From positions 222,583-286,582 of the forward strand of contig JAUHZB010000001.1 of assembly GCA_030426125.1 (NCBI GenBank): DNA of 64,000 nucleotides, written 5' to 3'. A program made the translations under genes and the position numbers. The stretch is from a bacterium. Lineage in GTDB: Bacteria > Patescibacteriota > Saccharimonadia > Saccharimonadales > AWTP1-31. Under the pieces are notes generated by a model. That model was not told the origin of the DNA and ran no database searches. It worked only from the letters and a program-made list of their open reading frames with translations. This document shows, in pieces, positions 55,371-64,000 of this stretch. Each line of letters starts with the position of its first letter. Position 1 is the first letter of the stretch.

Positions 55371-56446
55371 AGACGAAAGAGGCAAAGTCAAAATCAACCA
55401 TAGTACCACTATGGAAGAGATTTATCCTAGCTTTGGTAGGCCTGCTTTTCTCGCTTAGTTTAATAGGTTTGGCTTTTAGTGTAGCCTTCAATCGAAGTGT
55501 TGGTAACCCGGACACTATTAAGACTAGCCTTAGTAGAGCTGAGGTTCATTCGGCCGTGGCTAAACAGATTAAGCAAGAAATAAATACTCAAGCTGAAGAT
55601 AGTATAAATAACACTAATATAGATAAAGATATATTAGCTAAAGCCTTGGGCTTTGTAATTACCGAGCAATTAGTCGAGAACAACCTAAATCGAGTTATTG
55701 ACGGCACCTATGTTTGGTTAGAAGGTAAAAATAATATTCCGCAGTTTAGTATTGACCTAGCTGATATTGAGGGTCGTATCAAAGACCGGGTCGCAGAACT
55801 AGCTAGTCAAAGAGTAAAGAAATTGCCAGCCTGTAGTTTGCTAGAGTTAAGTCGTATTGATCTTGATAATATAGACATATTTAGCCTGACTTGTAATTCA
55901 GGAATTGATCTAGCCAGTCTAAGTCAGCGCATTGATCAACTAACTAATGATCAATCCTTACTTGGTGAGGGAATCGAAGGAGCTCAAAAGAAATTTACAG
56001 CCAGAGATTTGATTGCTAATGATCAAGAGGCTGGTGAAGAAAATATCTTTGAAAGGCTAGCGGTTGTCCCAAAAAGTTACCAGGCTTTGAGGTTCTCGCC
56101 TTGGATCTTGGTACTGTTGAGTCTTTTATCGGGTGCGTTGATAGCTACAAAGCTAAGCACTAATCTAAGAGTTGGTATGCGCCGGGTTGCAATTAAGTCG
56201 TTGGTTGTCGGTGTCGGCCTTATACCATTAATTTTCCTCAGCAAGTTCGTTTTCCAGAAAGCTTCAGAAGAGGTTTCTGGACAACAGCAGTTAATCTATG
56301 GTCCGCTTGTAGATGCTGGTGGCTATATTAATTCTATGTTTAATAAAACACTACTGTTGTTTTCGGCGCTATATCTAGTGGTCGGAATTGTCATCTTGAT
56401 TCTGCTAAAAAACAACCGAGATTCTAGTCAAAAAACTAGCACTTAA
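55367..56446 (+). CDS. Membrane protein, unknown function
   Basis: An N-terminal TM helix, a ~200-aa extracytoplasmic region and C-terminal TM helices. The ATG overlaps the CYTH stop (ATGA). Confidence 0.6.
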   Translation: MKTKEAKSKSTIVPLWKRFILALVGLLFSLSLIGLAFSVAFNRSVGNPDTIKTSLSRAEVHSAVAKQIKQEINTQAEDSINNTNIDKDILAKALGFVITEQLVENNLNRVIDGTYVWLEGKNNIPQFSIDLADIEGRIKDRVAELASQRVKKLPACSLLELSRIDLDNIDIFSLTCNSGIDLASLSQRIDQLTNDQSLLGEGIEGAQKKFTARDLIANDQEAGEENIFERLAVVPKSYQALRFSPWILVLLSLLSGALIATKLSTNLRVGMRRVAIKSLVVGVGLIPLIFLSKFVFQKASEEVSGQQQLIYGPLVDAGGYINSMFNKTLLLFSALYLVVGIVILILLKNNRDSSQKTST

Positions 56447-56549
56447 CTCAATTGATTTTGATATAACCACTCAAGTCGCTAAAATATACTTGAAAGATAA
56501 TAACTAATGCAAAAGATAATAATCAGTATATAAAGAAATAGGAGTCAGT

Positions 56550-59240
56550 TTGAAAAATACAGTTTTTGGTAGTATTGCCTGGAAGTTTGCGAGTAAGTAT
56601 CGGATAACTCTATTAATTTGGTTAATATTTCTAGCATTTGGCTTTTTTAGCTATACCAGTTTTCTGGGCCGTGAAGGCTTTCCACCGATAAATCTACCAA
56701 TTGGGGCTGTTCAGGGCACCTATTTTGCTGATGACCCCAAGCAAGTTGATTCGCAGGTAACTTCTAAAATTAGTGAAGCTATTGCACCACTAGACGCAGT
56801 CGATAAATTCCAAACAGCCAGTGGTCCAAATTTTTATTCGGTGTTCGTTACTTTTAAGGACGATGTTGAGGTTGATGACGGGGTTCAAGAGCTGGAAACA
56901 GCGATTGGTAATGCTAATTTACCGGACTCAACTGAGCCCAGTGTATCCTCATTTGATCCCTCTAAGTTCGATAACAAATACAACCTACTGTTAGCAGTTT
57001 ATGATGATCAGACCTCTAATTACCAAGATTTGTATTCTAGCGCTAATCAAGTTGCAGAGAAGTTGCAGGCCAGGTCTGAGATAACTTCGGCTACAGCCAT
57101 TCCAGTAATTGAAGATGTTCAAAATCCGGCTACTGGTGAAGATGTACAGAGGCAGACTAGTATTAATACCATCGGTATTAAGCAGGATGACGGTCAGATA
57201 AAGTATTTCCCAGCCATATCTATCGGAGTTGAAAAAGCCGATTCGATTGATGCCATCGAACTATCTAATGCCACCAAAGATGTCCTTAGTAGCCCAAATT
57301 TAGTTGAAGGGTCAGCTGCTGCGAGTACAAAAACCACCATTACAGCTGACTTTGCTAGAATAATTGACCAGCAGATTAGTTCGCTAGAGAGTAGCCTTAA
57401 AGGTGGTTTAATAGCGGTTATTATAGTAGCCCTACTACTAATTAGCTGGCGAGCTGCTTTAGTTATTGCCTTGTTTATCCCAACAGTTCTAGCTCTTTCT
57501 TTCACTAGCTTGAACCTACTTGGTATTACACTAAACACCATTACTTTGTTTGCTACCATTCTGACACTTGGTCTGTTTGTTGATGACGCCACTATTATTG
57601 TCGAGGCTATTGACGCCCATAAACGCGATAGTAAGGATCATAAAAGAATAATTAAATCGGCGGTTAAACGGGTCGGGGTGGCCTCGCTGGCTGGTACTCT
57701 GACTACTATATTGGTATTTTCTCCTATGCTTTATGTCAGCGGAATACTAGGTAGCTTTATTACGCTACTACCAATTACAGTTATTTTAGCTTTGACCATT
57801 TCGTTTATTACTTCTATTGTTTTAGTCCCATTCTTATCTAGAATCTTAGTTCTTTCTTCTGGTAAAGGTAAGAAAGATAACTTGCTAGATAAATTAAGTA
57901 TCCTTGTTCCAGTAGAGCGGATCACTGCAGATTTTCTATCCAAATTACCGCTAATTAACAAGAACAACAAAAAGAAGGGTCGGATCATAACCACCGCTTT
58001 AGTTGGGGTTAGTTTACTGGCCATTATTGGCGCTGGGGCCTTGTCTTCACGCCTGCCACTGGACATTTTCCCGCAGTCTAAAGATAGCGATGTTCTTCAA
58101 GCTAGCGTTGAGTTTGCTCCAGGTACCAGCATTGAACAGGCTAATGAAATAACCGAGGAGATTAACCAGAACATCAAGCAAGGTGCAGGACAGTACCTAG
58201 ATTATGTTACCTATGTTGGGGCGGATAATCGTCAAGCTAATATTGAGATTGGCCTAACGCCGTATGACCAAAGAGAGCCAACTAGTCACGATATTATCGA
58301 AGACTTAAACCAGACCGGACTAGAGATTAGTGGGGCCACTATAAAGTACTCACAGCAGGATTCTGGTCCACCTTCAGAAGATTTCCCATTCCAGATGCGA
58401 GTTTATGCTTCTAGCGATGAGCTTCTTAAAACTGCTAGTACAGACATAACTGGCTATATCGCTGATCAGCAGTTCGATATTAGCGGTAGCCAGGTAAATG
58501 TAAAAGAAGTTGAAACCGATATTGATGGTACTATCAGGACTAGCGAAAAAGGACGATACGTTACAATCCTGGCCAATTTTGACGACACTAATCTAACATC
58601 CGCAGCCGTAATTTCACTAGAAGAAGAGGTTAAATCTCAATTTGATGAGGATAAACTTGAAGCAATTGGTCTAACTAGTGATGCACTAGACTTTGACGTT
58701 AGCCAAGAGAGTGAAAATGCTGAGAGCTTTAATTCGATCGGGATAGGTTTAATTGTAGCCTTAGTTGGAATGTACGTACTACTAGTGATGCTATTTAATA
58801 GCTTCTCGCAGCCACTGTTAATCTTTATGGCCATACCGTTTAGTTTGTTTGGCGTATTCCTAGGCCTAACTATTACCGATAATTCCTTTAGTTTCTTTGT
58901 AATGCTTGGACTGCTGGGCTTAATTGGTATAGTGGTTAACAATACTATCCTGCTCACCGAATACGCTAACCAAGAACGGGAAAAAGGGGCAGATAGGCAC
59001 CAGGCAATTAGCGAGGCCGTAAAAGATCGCTTCCGGCCGCTAGTGACTACAACGCTTACTACTGTATTTGCTCTGTTGCCTCTAGCTCTGAGTGATCCAT
59101 TCTGGCAAGCCCTAGCCTACACCTTAATCTTCGGTATGATATCTAGCACCACCCTGATAATTATCTCTTTTCCGTACTACTACCTGTTGTTTGAGAGGAT
59201 CAGAGATTGGAAGAATCGCAAATTCCCCGGGCTAGAATAG
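56550..59240 (+). CDS. RND-superfamily transporter permease (AcrB/MMPL-like), 896 aa
   Basis: Two-fold 1+5 TM architecture with two large loops. Conserved TM4-like LGLFVDDATIIVE and TM-cluster motifs. The TTG start lies 5 nt after AGGAG. Confidence 0.75.
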   Translation: MKNTVFGSIAWKFASKYRITLLIWLIFLAFGFFSYTSFLGREGFPPINLPIGAVQGTYFADDPKQVDSQVTSKISEAIAPLDAVDKFQTASGPNFYSVFVTFKDDVEVDDGVQELETAIGNANLPDSTEPSVSSFDPSKFDNKYNLLLAVYDDQTSNYQDLYSSANQVAEKLQARSEITSATAIPVIEDVQNPATGEDVQRQTSINTIGIKQDDGQIKYFPAISIGVEKADSIDAIELSNATKDVLSSPNLVEGSAAASTKTTITADFARIIDQQISSLESSLKGGLIAVIIVALLLISWRAALVIALFIPTVLALSFTSLNLLGITLNTITLFATILTLGLFVDDATIIVEAIDAHKRDSKDHKRIIKSAVKRVGVASLAGTLTTILVFSPMLYVSGILGSFITLLPITVILALTISFITSIVLVPFLSRILVLSSGKGKKDNLLDKLSILVPVERITADFLSKLPLINKNNKKKGRIITTALVGVSLLAIIGAGALSSRLPLDIFPQSKDSDVLQASVEFAPGTSIEQANEITEEINQNIKQGAGQYLDYVTYVGADNRQANIEIGLTPYDQREPTSHDIIEDLNQTGLEISGATIKYSQQDSGPPSEDFPFQMRVYASSDELLKTASTDITGYIADQQFDISGSQVNVKEVETDIDGTIRTSEKGRYVTILANFDDTNLTSAAVISLEEEVKSQFDEDKLEAIGLTSDALDFDVSQESENAESFNSIGIGLIVALVGMYVLLVMLFNSFSQPLLIFMAIPFSLFGVFLGLTITDNSFSFFVMLGLLGLIGIVVNNTILLTEYANQEREKGADRHQAISEAVKDRFRPLVTTTLTTVFALLPLALSDPFWQALAYTLIFGMISSTTLIIISFPYYYLLFERIRDWKNRKFPGLE

Positions 59241-59297
59241 ACCAACGTAGATTTAAAACTTGCTTTTACTAAGTATTTAAAAGTATCATAAAACTAT

Positions 59298-59411
59298 ATG
59301 AAAAGCCTTAAGCGCAATCAGACTGGGCTTATTCCTTTACTGCTAAGCATTTTGGTGGTGGTGGTTGGATTAATAGTGCTCGCTTTTTTGAGAGTTAAAG
59401 GGAGTCAGTAA
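59298..59411 (+). CDS. Possible 37-aa single-TM peptide
   Basis: MKSLKRNQTGLIPLLLSILVVVVGLIVLAFLRVKGSQ. There is no clear SD. It is called only from the positive-inside TM pattern and its position after the RND gene. Confidence 0.3.
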   Translation: MKSLKRNQTGLIPLLLSILVVVVGLIVLAFLRVKGSQ

Positions 59412-59521
59412 TTCCTAGTGACCCTAGTGTAATTGCAAAATACTACAAATCTGGTATAATAAGAGCACATTAAGTATTGTTTCACGGGTAGCATAGTAAT
59501 CTATAAAGCAGAGGAAGATGA

Positions 59522-59923
59522 ATGACTAAAATAGTTGGATCTGTAGAAAAAATCTCTTTCCCAGACTTTGGAATAAAGGATATTTCTGCCAAAGTAGATA
59601 CTGGAGCCTACACTGGCTCAATTCATTGCCACTCCTTAAAAGTTGTGAAGACCGAATCTGGTAAGCAGCTTCGGTTTGTAGTAATAGACGGTAGTAATAA
59701 AGAGCAATTTGCTGAAAAATTTAGACGAATTCCAGTTACCAGTTCAAATGGTATTACTGAGTATCGCTATGCGGTTCAAACTAGAGTTACTGTCGCCGGT
59801 GAAACCTACCCTATAAGGCTAACTCTAGCTAAGCGCTCTGCAATGCGCTACCCAGTCCTTTTAGGCCGAAGATTTTTAAAGAAACACAAGATAATAGTTG
59901 ACGTAAGTCAGAGAAAAAAGTAA
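59522..59923 (+). CDS. RimK-associated retropepsin-like protease (ATP-dependent zinc protease family, PF05618-like)
   Basis: AKVDTGAYTGSIHC and VLLGRRFL motifs; located immediately upstream of rimK. Confidence 0.75.
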   Translation: MTKIVGSVEKISFPDFGIKDISAKVDTGAYTGSIHCHSLKVVKTESGKQLRFVVIDGSNKEQFAEKFRRIPVTSSNGITEYRYAVQTRVTVAGETYPIRLTLAKRSAMRYPVLLGRRFLKKHKIIVDVSQRKK

Positions 59924-59932
59924 GGTGCAGAT

Positions 59933-60835
59933 ATGCGAATAGCAATACTTTCAAGAGGTCCAGGCAATATTTCAACCAAGCGCCTAAAGCAGGTGGCTGA
60001 AGCCCGTGGGCATAATGTCCAGATTATTAATCATGCTGAATGCTATGTTACCGTCGAAAAGAGTCGGCCAGTGGTGCGGTATCGCGGAGAAGATCTCAAA
60101 GACATAGAAGTAATTATTCCTCGAATCGGTCAAAGTATTACCGGCTATGGTACAGCTATTGTCCGACAATTTGAGATGCAGGGTGTCTACACTACTACTA
60201 GCTCAATCGCAATTAATCGAGCTAGAGATAAACTCCGCTCTATGCAGATATTAGCTAGGGCTGACGTAGGTATCCCAAAGACGGTATTCGCAAGAGAAAC
60301 TACAGATGTAGATGACGTTGTTGAGCAGGCCGGAGGTGCCCCGCTGATAATTAAGGTTGCCCGTGGCACCCAAGGTAACGGTGTGGTATTGGCTGAGACC
60401 AGAAAAGCGGCTCAAGCTGTAATGCAGGCTTTCTACGTTGAAGGGGTGAACTTTTTAGTGCAAGAGTTTGTCAAAGAATCGGCTGGTGAAGACATACGAG
60501 CTTTCGTAGTTGGTGGTCGGGTGGTTGCTAGTATGAAACGACAGAGCTTAGATGACGACTTTAGGTCTAACCTACATCAGGGCGGGGAAGGTACGGCTGT
60601 GAAGCTAACTGATGAAGAAAGAAAGACAGCCATAAAAGCTGCCAAAACCATGGGTCTTGGTATCTGTGGAGTAGATATGATGCGCTCCAGTAGAGGTCCG
60701 TTGGTACTTGAAGTAAACCCTAGTCCGGGCTTTGGCATCGAAGAAGTAACCGGCCGTAACGTAGCCGAGAAAGTTATTGAATACGTCGAACAGAACGCCA
60801 AAGGTAAACAGCGTAAAGACCGAGTCGGCGCTTAA
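59933..60835 (+). CDS. rimK: RimK-family ATP-grasp alpha-L-glutamate ligase
   Basis: MRIAILSR, PLIIKVARGTQGNGVVL and CGVDMMRSSRGPLVLEVNPSPG. Confidence 0.9.
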   Translation: MRIAILSRGPGNISTKRLKQVAEARGHNVQIINHAECYVTVEKSRPVVRYRGEDLKDIEVIIPRIGQSITGYGTAIVRQFEMQGVYTTTSSIAINRARDKLRSMQILARADVGIPKTVFARETTDVDDVVEQAGGAPLIIKVARGTQGNGVVLAETRKAAQAVMQAFYVEGVNFLVQEFVKESAGEDIRAFVVGGRVVASMKRQSLDDDFRSNLHQGGEGTAVKLTDEERKTAIKAAKTMGLGICGVDMMRSSRGPLVLEVNPSPGFGIEEVTGRNVAEKVIEYVEQNAKGKQRKDRVGA

Positions 60836-60908
60836 ACATCCTTCGGGACCGTGATTGGTGAACATATTTTGTAGCAGTTCTATCTGTTAATTGTGCTATT
60901 ATTATTCT

Positions 60909-61406
60909 ATGGATCCGCTATTGCTTATTGCTGTATTATTCGCAGCTCCCGTTCTTCTGATAGTCTTATCTAGAGCCAACGCTGCCTTAGTTTTTCTAGC
61001 TCTTTGCGCTGGAAATGTACTCCAAGCCTTCTTAGGTGATGATGCTCAAACGTTATTACAGGGCTTCTTAAATAACTACAACCCTGATCTTGGCTTATAC
61101 ATCCGTCTAGCAATTATGCTTTTGCCGCCATTGCTGGCCATATTATTCCTGCGTTCTAGTGTTCATGGTGGCAAGAACCTAATAAATATATTTCCAGCTA
61201 TTGCCGTTGGTATAGTCAATGTTTTCTTGGCAGTTCCGCTGTTACCAGCCTCAATTAAATCTGAGGTCTACGGAACTACCCTGTGGTCAGAAATTAGTCA
61301 GTTTCAAGCAGTACTGATAGGTGGTTCGGTGCTAATTAGCTTAGCCATAGTGCTATCTGGAAAACGAAGCCATGGTCATAAAAAAGGGCGTAAGAAAGCT
61401 AGATAA
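60909..61406 (+). CDS. Polytopic membrane protein, unknown function
   Basis: About five TM helices and a basic C-terminal tail. ATG at 60909. Confidence 0.55.
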   Translation: MDPLLLIAVLFAAPVLLIVLSRANAALVFLALCAGNVLQAFLGDDAQTLLQGFLNNYNPDLGLYIRLAIMLLPPLLAILFLRSSVHGGKNLINIFPAIAVGIVNVFLAVPLLPASIKSEVYGTTLWSEISQFQAVLIGGSVLISLAIVLSGKRSHGHKKGRKKAR

Positions 61407-61449
61407 GCTAAACTACATCTAGACCTGGGAATAAGTAGATAATAGTTGT

Positions 61450-61893
61450 TTAAACTTCTACAATAAAGACATCTGGCAGTAGAGCTTCTTTAGCAGGTGA
61501 GCTAACTACTTGACCGTTTTCAAAGCTGTGCTCTGTAATATCACTACACTGACCTAGTCGGTACTGCTTGGTTAGTGGCTCAACATCCGGAATTGCTGTT
61601 ATTGCCACCCCTCCAAGACGAGAATTGGTTTCTGAGAGGTCAACCAATACTCTTTGGGTAGATTGATCTGTTTCACAGCCAATTATAGCTGCACAGGCTA
61701 CGGTGGTTAGTTTTTCGGTGTAGTCATCACTACTAGCAGTGTTAGTTTGTACTGCCATAGAGTAGTCAGAGACGCACAGATCGATGGAATCACGTAGATC
61801 ACGTTGTTCGGGGGTCTGATCGGCATTTGTGTAGCCTCCACAAGCCGGTAGGGCTAGTAGTGAGCCTGCTAATGCTAGTTTGATAGATCTCAT
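61450..61893 (-). CDS. Probable lipoprotein
   Basis: MRSIKLALAGSLLALPACGG is a lipobox-like LPAC following a basic n-region. The ATG at 61893 is preferred over the GTG at 61920. Confidence 0.55.
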   Translation of the reverse strand: MRSIKLALAGSLLALPACGGYTNADQTPEQRDLRDSIDLCVSDYSMAVQTNTASSDDYTEKLTTVACAAIIGCETDQSTQRVLVDLSETNSRLGGVAITAIPDVEPLTKQYRLGQCSDITEHSFENGQVVSSPAKEALLPDVFIVEV

Positions 61894-62008
61894 AGATCGT
61901 TTTGGTCCTAGGTTTGGCACTGTATATCTCCTGATATGTAAATAACAAGACTATACAATAACTTAATATAGCGATTACGTCAAGAAGCTCTAAGTTATTT
62001 TTAATGTC

Positions 62009-62608
62009 CTAAAATAGCTTGGCTATTTGTTCCGTAACCTGCTGACTATCTATATTACTAACTTCTCGTGGTTCACTGACGGTAACGCTAATAACCCGAT
62101 TACCTTTTCTGGTAACTAGTTGCCGAGAATCAACTGCAAAGTAGCTCTCGTCATTTATCTCGAGCTGCTTTACATTGCTTTTGTTTTTCGTTGAACTAAG
62201 TGACTGTGAAGCGCTGTCATCACTACTGAGGTCTTTAATTACAATCGTTACGGCTCGGGCAGGCTTTTGCTTGGTAGTGTAGTTACAAACTGATACTAAC
62301 CTGGGTTCGACTACGTCTTTGTACGAGCCACCAACTTTAACTACTTCTGCTTGAAGCGCATCACTTACCTTATTGACTGAAGCTGTAGAACAGGCAAAGC
62401 TAGATTTATTTTCTTCTTCAGGCATATTGAAGGTCTCCGTTTGTTGCTGATCCCTGACACTATAGCCAAGGAATGTGCCCTGATTTATCAACCGCTCAGC
62501 TATTAATACAATTAAGAGTATTACAATTACTCCAATAACAATTTGTTTAATAGATAATTTTTTAAACCAGCTTGCAACTGACTTTAAATGTTTTTTACTT
62601 GCCTTCAT
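62009..62608 (-). CDS. Membrane-anchored hypothetical protein
   Basis: A basic N-terminus plus the TM helix IVIGVIVILLIVLIA. It overlaps the upstream gene by 14 nt. Confidence 0.55.
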   Translation of the reverse strand: MKASKKHLKSVASWFKKLSIKQIVIGVIVILLIVLIAERLINQGTFLGYSVRDQQQTETFNMPEEENKSSFACSTASVNKVSDALQAEVVKVGGSYKDVVEPRLVSVCNYTTKQKPARAVTIVIKDLSSDDSASQSLSSTKNKSNVKQLEINDESYFAVDSRQLVTRKGNRVISVTVSEPREVSNIDSQQVTEQIAKLF

Positions 62609-64000
62609 TTTTCCGCTTCTGCCACCTCTTCAACACTAGCGCTCCTCCCGAGATCAGCAGAGCAATGGCTGCGACCTTAGCAGTCATTGCTCCTGCTCCG
62701 GTGTCGGCAAGGAATGAAGTAATGCTGCTAGGTATGGTTGTGGTGTCACCATCATTGTCTTCTGCAGACTCATCAACTACGCCTAGTCCAACTGGATCAA
62801 CAATAATGCGGTTGACTGACTCATCAGTGTCTAAGGTTCCACCATCAGTGACTTGGTAGTCTACGGTTAGCACATTTGTTGAATCAATCTCTGCTTGACC
62901 AAGGGTGTAGCTAGCAACTGTACTGTAGCTATCACTGTTGCTATGGAACTTCCTGAGGGTGTAATCAAGGTTAGTTTCATCAAAGTAGTACTTTGTAATG
63001 TCTGCAGTGAAGCCATCATCTTCACAGTTAATCTCAAAGGCTAGCAACCCAAGAGGGTATTGGTAGCCTGAGTCAGTCACCGAGTTGGCTGACTCTTGGT
63101 TAACACCACTGGTGTAGACACTACATTCACTAGCTACTTCTAGAACCACTCGTTTCCCAGTCACTGAGCTAACATAACTAGCGACGTTTGCTTGCTCTGA
63201 GTCAGCAGTACCGTCATCGTTAGCATCACCACTGTTTGGACCATTGTCTTCAATGGAGTCAGAGATACCATCTTTATCTCCATCGTCAGTAGTTATCTTG
63301 TCGAAGTTGTCATTGTTAATTTCGTCTAGCTGGTCTTCAGTGGCTGACCCAAATTCGTTACTGAGGTCAATAGAGTCATTGTCTATGAAGAATCCAGTGT
63401 AGCCCTGAGATACGTAGTTGGTGAAAGATTGACTAGCCCCAACCTGAACTGTGAAGTCTAGCCTTATGGTAATACTGTCATCAGCTTCCATGACTTGACC
63501 AGCCCCAATGTAGACACAGACTAACATGCCATGATCTGGGTGATCGGCAGTAACTGGTCCAGTAAAGTTGGAAGCTGGAGCACCTAGGTCATTACAGAAA
63601 ATGTCAGCATTGTCGTCATCGTCGTAGGCTAGGTCATTAGACGGGTAGACATCAGCGAATACAAAGTTAGCACCCACCGAACCGGTTAGGGTATTTAGAT
63701 TGACTGGCATAGGCCCACGGTTAGTTAGCGTAACATCGTATTGAACTGTTTGTCCTGGTGTTATGTCAAAAGGAGCTACCATTTCTTTTTCAATAGTGAA
63801 GTCAGCCACCGGCAAACTAACAGCTACGTTATTTATCTCTTCGCCTACGTAACAGTCAATGATGTCCATTGGTGGATCAGCACAAATGTTCCCAGGGCCA
63901 CCAAAGGCACTTGGATCACTAAGCGTTACAATGTCTGGATCATCAGCTAGCCAACCAGTTATTACATTGTTAGTAAATACTAGATCGGAAGTAGCATCTA
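62595..64000 (-). CDS. Surface protein, C-terminal part (the N-terminus lies beyond the right window edge), with a DUF11-like module, acidic TSP3-like Ca-binding repeats and an LADTG sorting signal
   Basis: The reading frame remains open from 63869 to the window end (checked by hand, no stop). Motifs: TPGQTVQYDVTLTNRGPMPV, DGDKDGISDSIEDNGPNSGDANDDGTADS, and C-terminal LADTG, a hydrophobic stretch, then KRWQKRKNEGK. Confidence 0.75.
   Translation of the reverse strand, partial: DATSDLVFTNNVITGWLADDPDIVTLSDPSAFGGPGNICADPPMDIIDCYVGEEINNVAVSLPVADFTIEKEMVAPFDITPGQTVQYDVTLTNRGPMPVNLNTLTGSVGANFVFADVYPSNDLAYDDDDNADIFCNDLGAPASNFTGPVTADHPDHGMLVCVYIGAGQVMEADDSITIRLDFTVQVGASQSFTNYVSQGYTGFFIDNDSIDLSNEFGSATEDQLDEINNDNFDKITTDDGDKDGISDSIEDNGPNSGDANDDGTADSEQANVASYVSSVTGKRVVLEVASECSVYTSGVNQESANSVTDSGYQYPLGLLAFEINCEDDGFTADITKYYFDETNLDYTLRKFHSNSDSYSTVASYTLGQAEIDSTNVLTVDYQVTDGGTLDTDESVNRIIVDPVGLGVVDESAEDNDGDTTTIPSSITSFLADTGAGAMTAKVAAIALLISGGALVLKRWQKRKNEGK

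Noticed and set aside
1-64000. Alternative genetic code (TGA recoding, as in some CPR lineages), CRISPR arrays, or a diversity-generating retroelement acting on the repeat-rich surface genes
   Set aside because: TGA functions as a stop: the ATGA overlaps at 38780 and 55367 end proteins at homologous lengths. No short direct-repeat/spacer array was seen. No reverse-transcriptase-like ORF or template/variable repeat pair is visible in this window.

Overview
This is a 64-kb chromosomal segment, roughly 90% coding, with no rRNA, CRISPR array, transposase, integrase or phage structural genes. Stop-codon use includes TGA, so the genetic code is standard. The gene content suggests a small-genome CPR/Patescibacteria organism, probably Saccharibacteria-like. 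That inference rests on a phosphoketolase plus acetate kinase pair, sortase/LPXTG-type surface proteins, compact overlapping genes, tRNAs with encoded CCA and many lineage-specific orphans. It cannot be verified without a database. Housekeeping blocks are dnaJ (with a CIRCE operator), HTH-murA/glyA/murB, hsp20 (CIRCE), xfp-ackA, cls, rimK with its partner protease, an RND permease and tRNA-Arg(UCG)/tRNA-Lys(CUU). A RelE/Phd toxin-antitoxin pair is also present. About one third of the window encodes secreted or surface proteins. The candidates most worth follow-up are listed below. (1) A ~1,716-aa histidine kinase has an adhesin-like ~1,100-aa ectodomain as its sensor (DUF285 repeats, FN3, GLUG-like repeats). 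Its phospho-acceptor H-box is displaced from the catalytic core, and it sits in tandem with a paralog. (2) A tightly coupled operon encodes a 58-aa signal-peptide-less LPNTG mini-protein, a sortase, a processive GT2 synthase and a CBM-bearing polysaccharide deacetylase. (3) A membrane-anchored CotH-family kinase with lamin-tail domains is translationally coupled to an LADTG beta-helix surface protein. (4) Four secreted proteins share a short post-signal module, EPExG...ASGGxYVxF. (5) Two clusters of orphan genes are driven by a shared TGCTTGCA-type promoter, mostly in leaderless arrangement. (6) A DM13-DM13-VKOR-like cluster is present. All domain calls come from motif reading of the translations, not from database searches.
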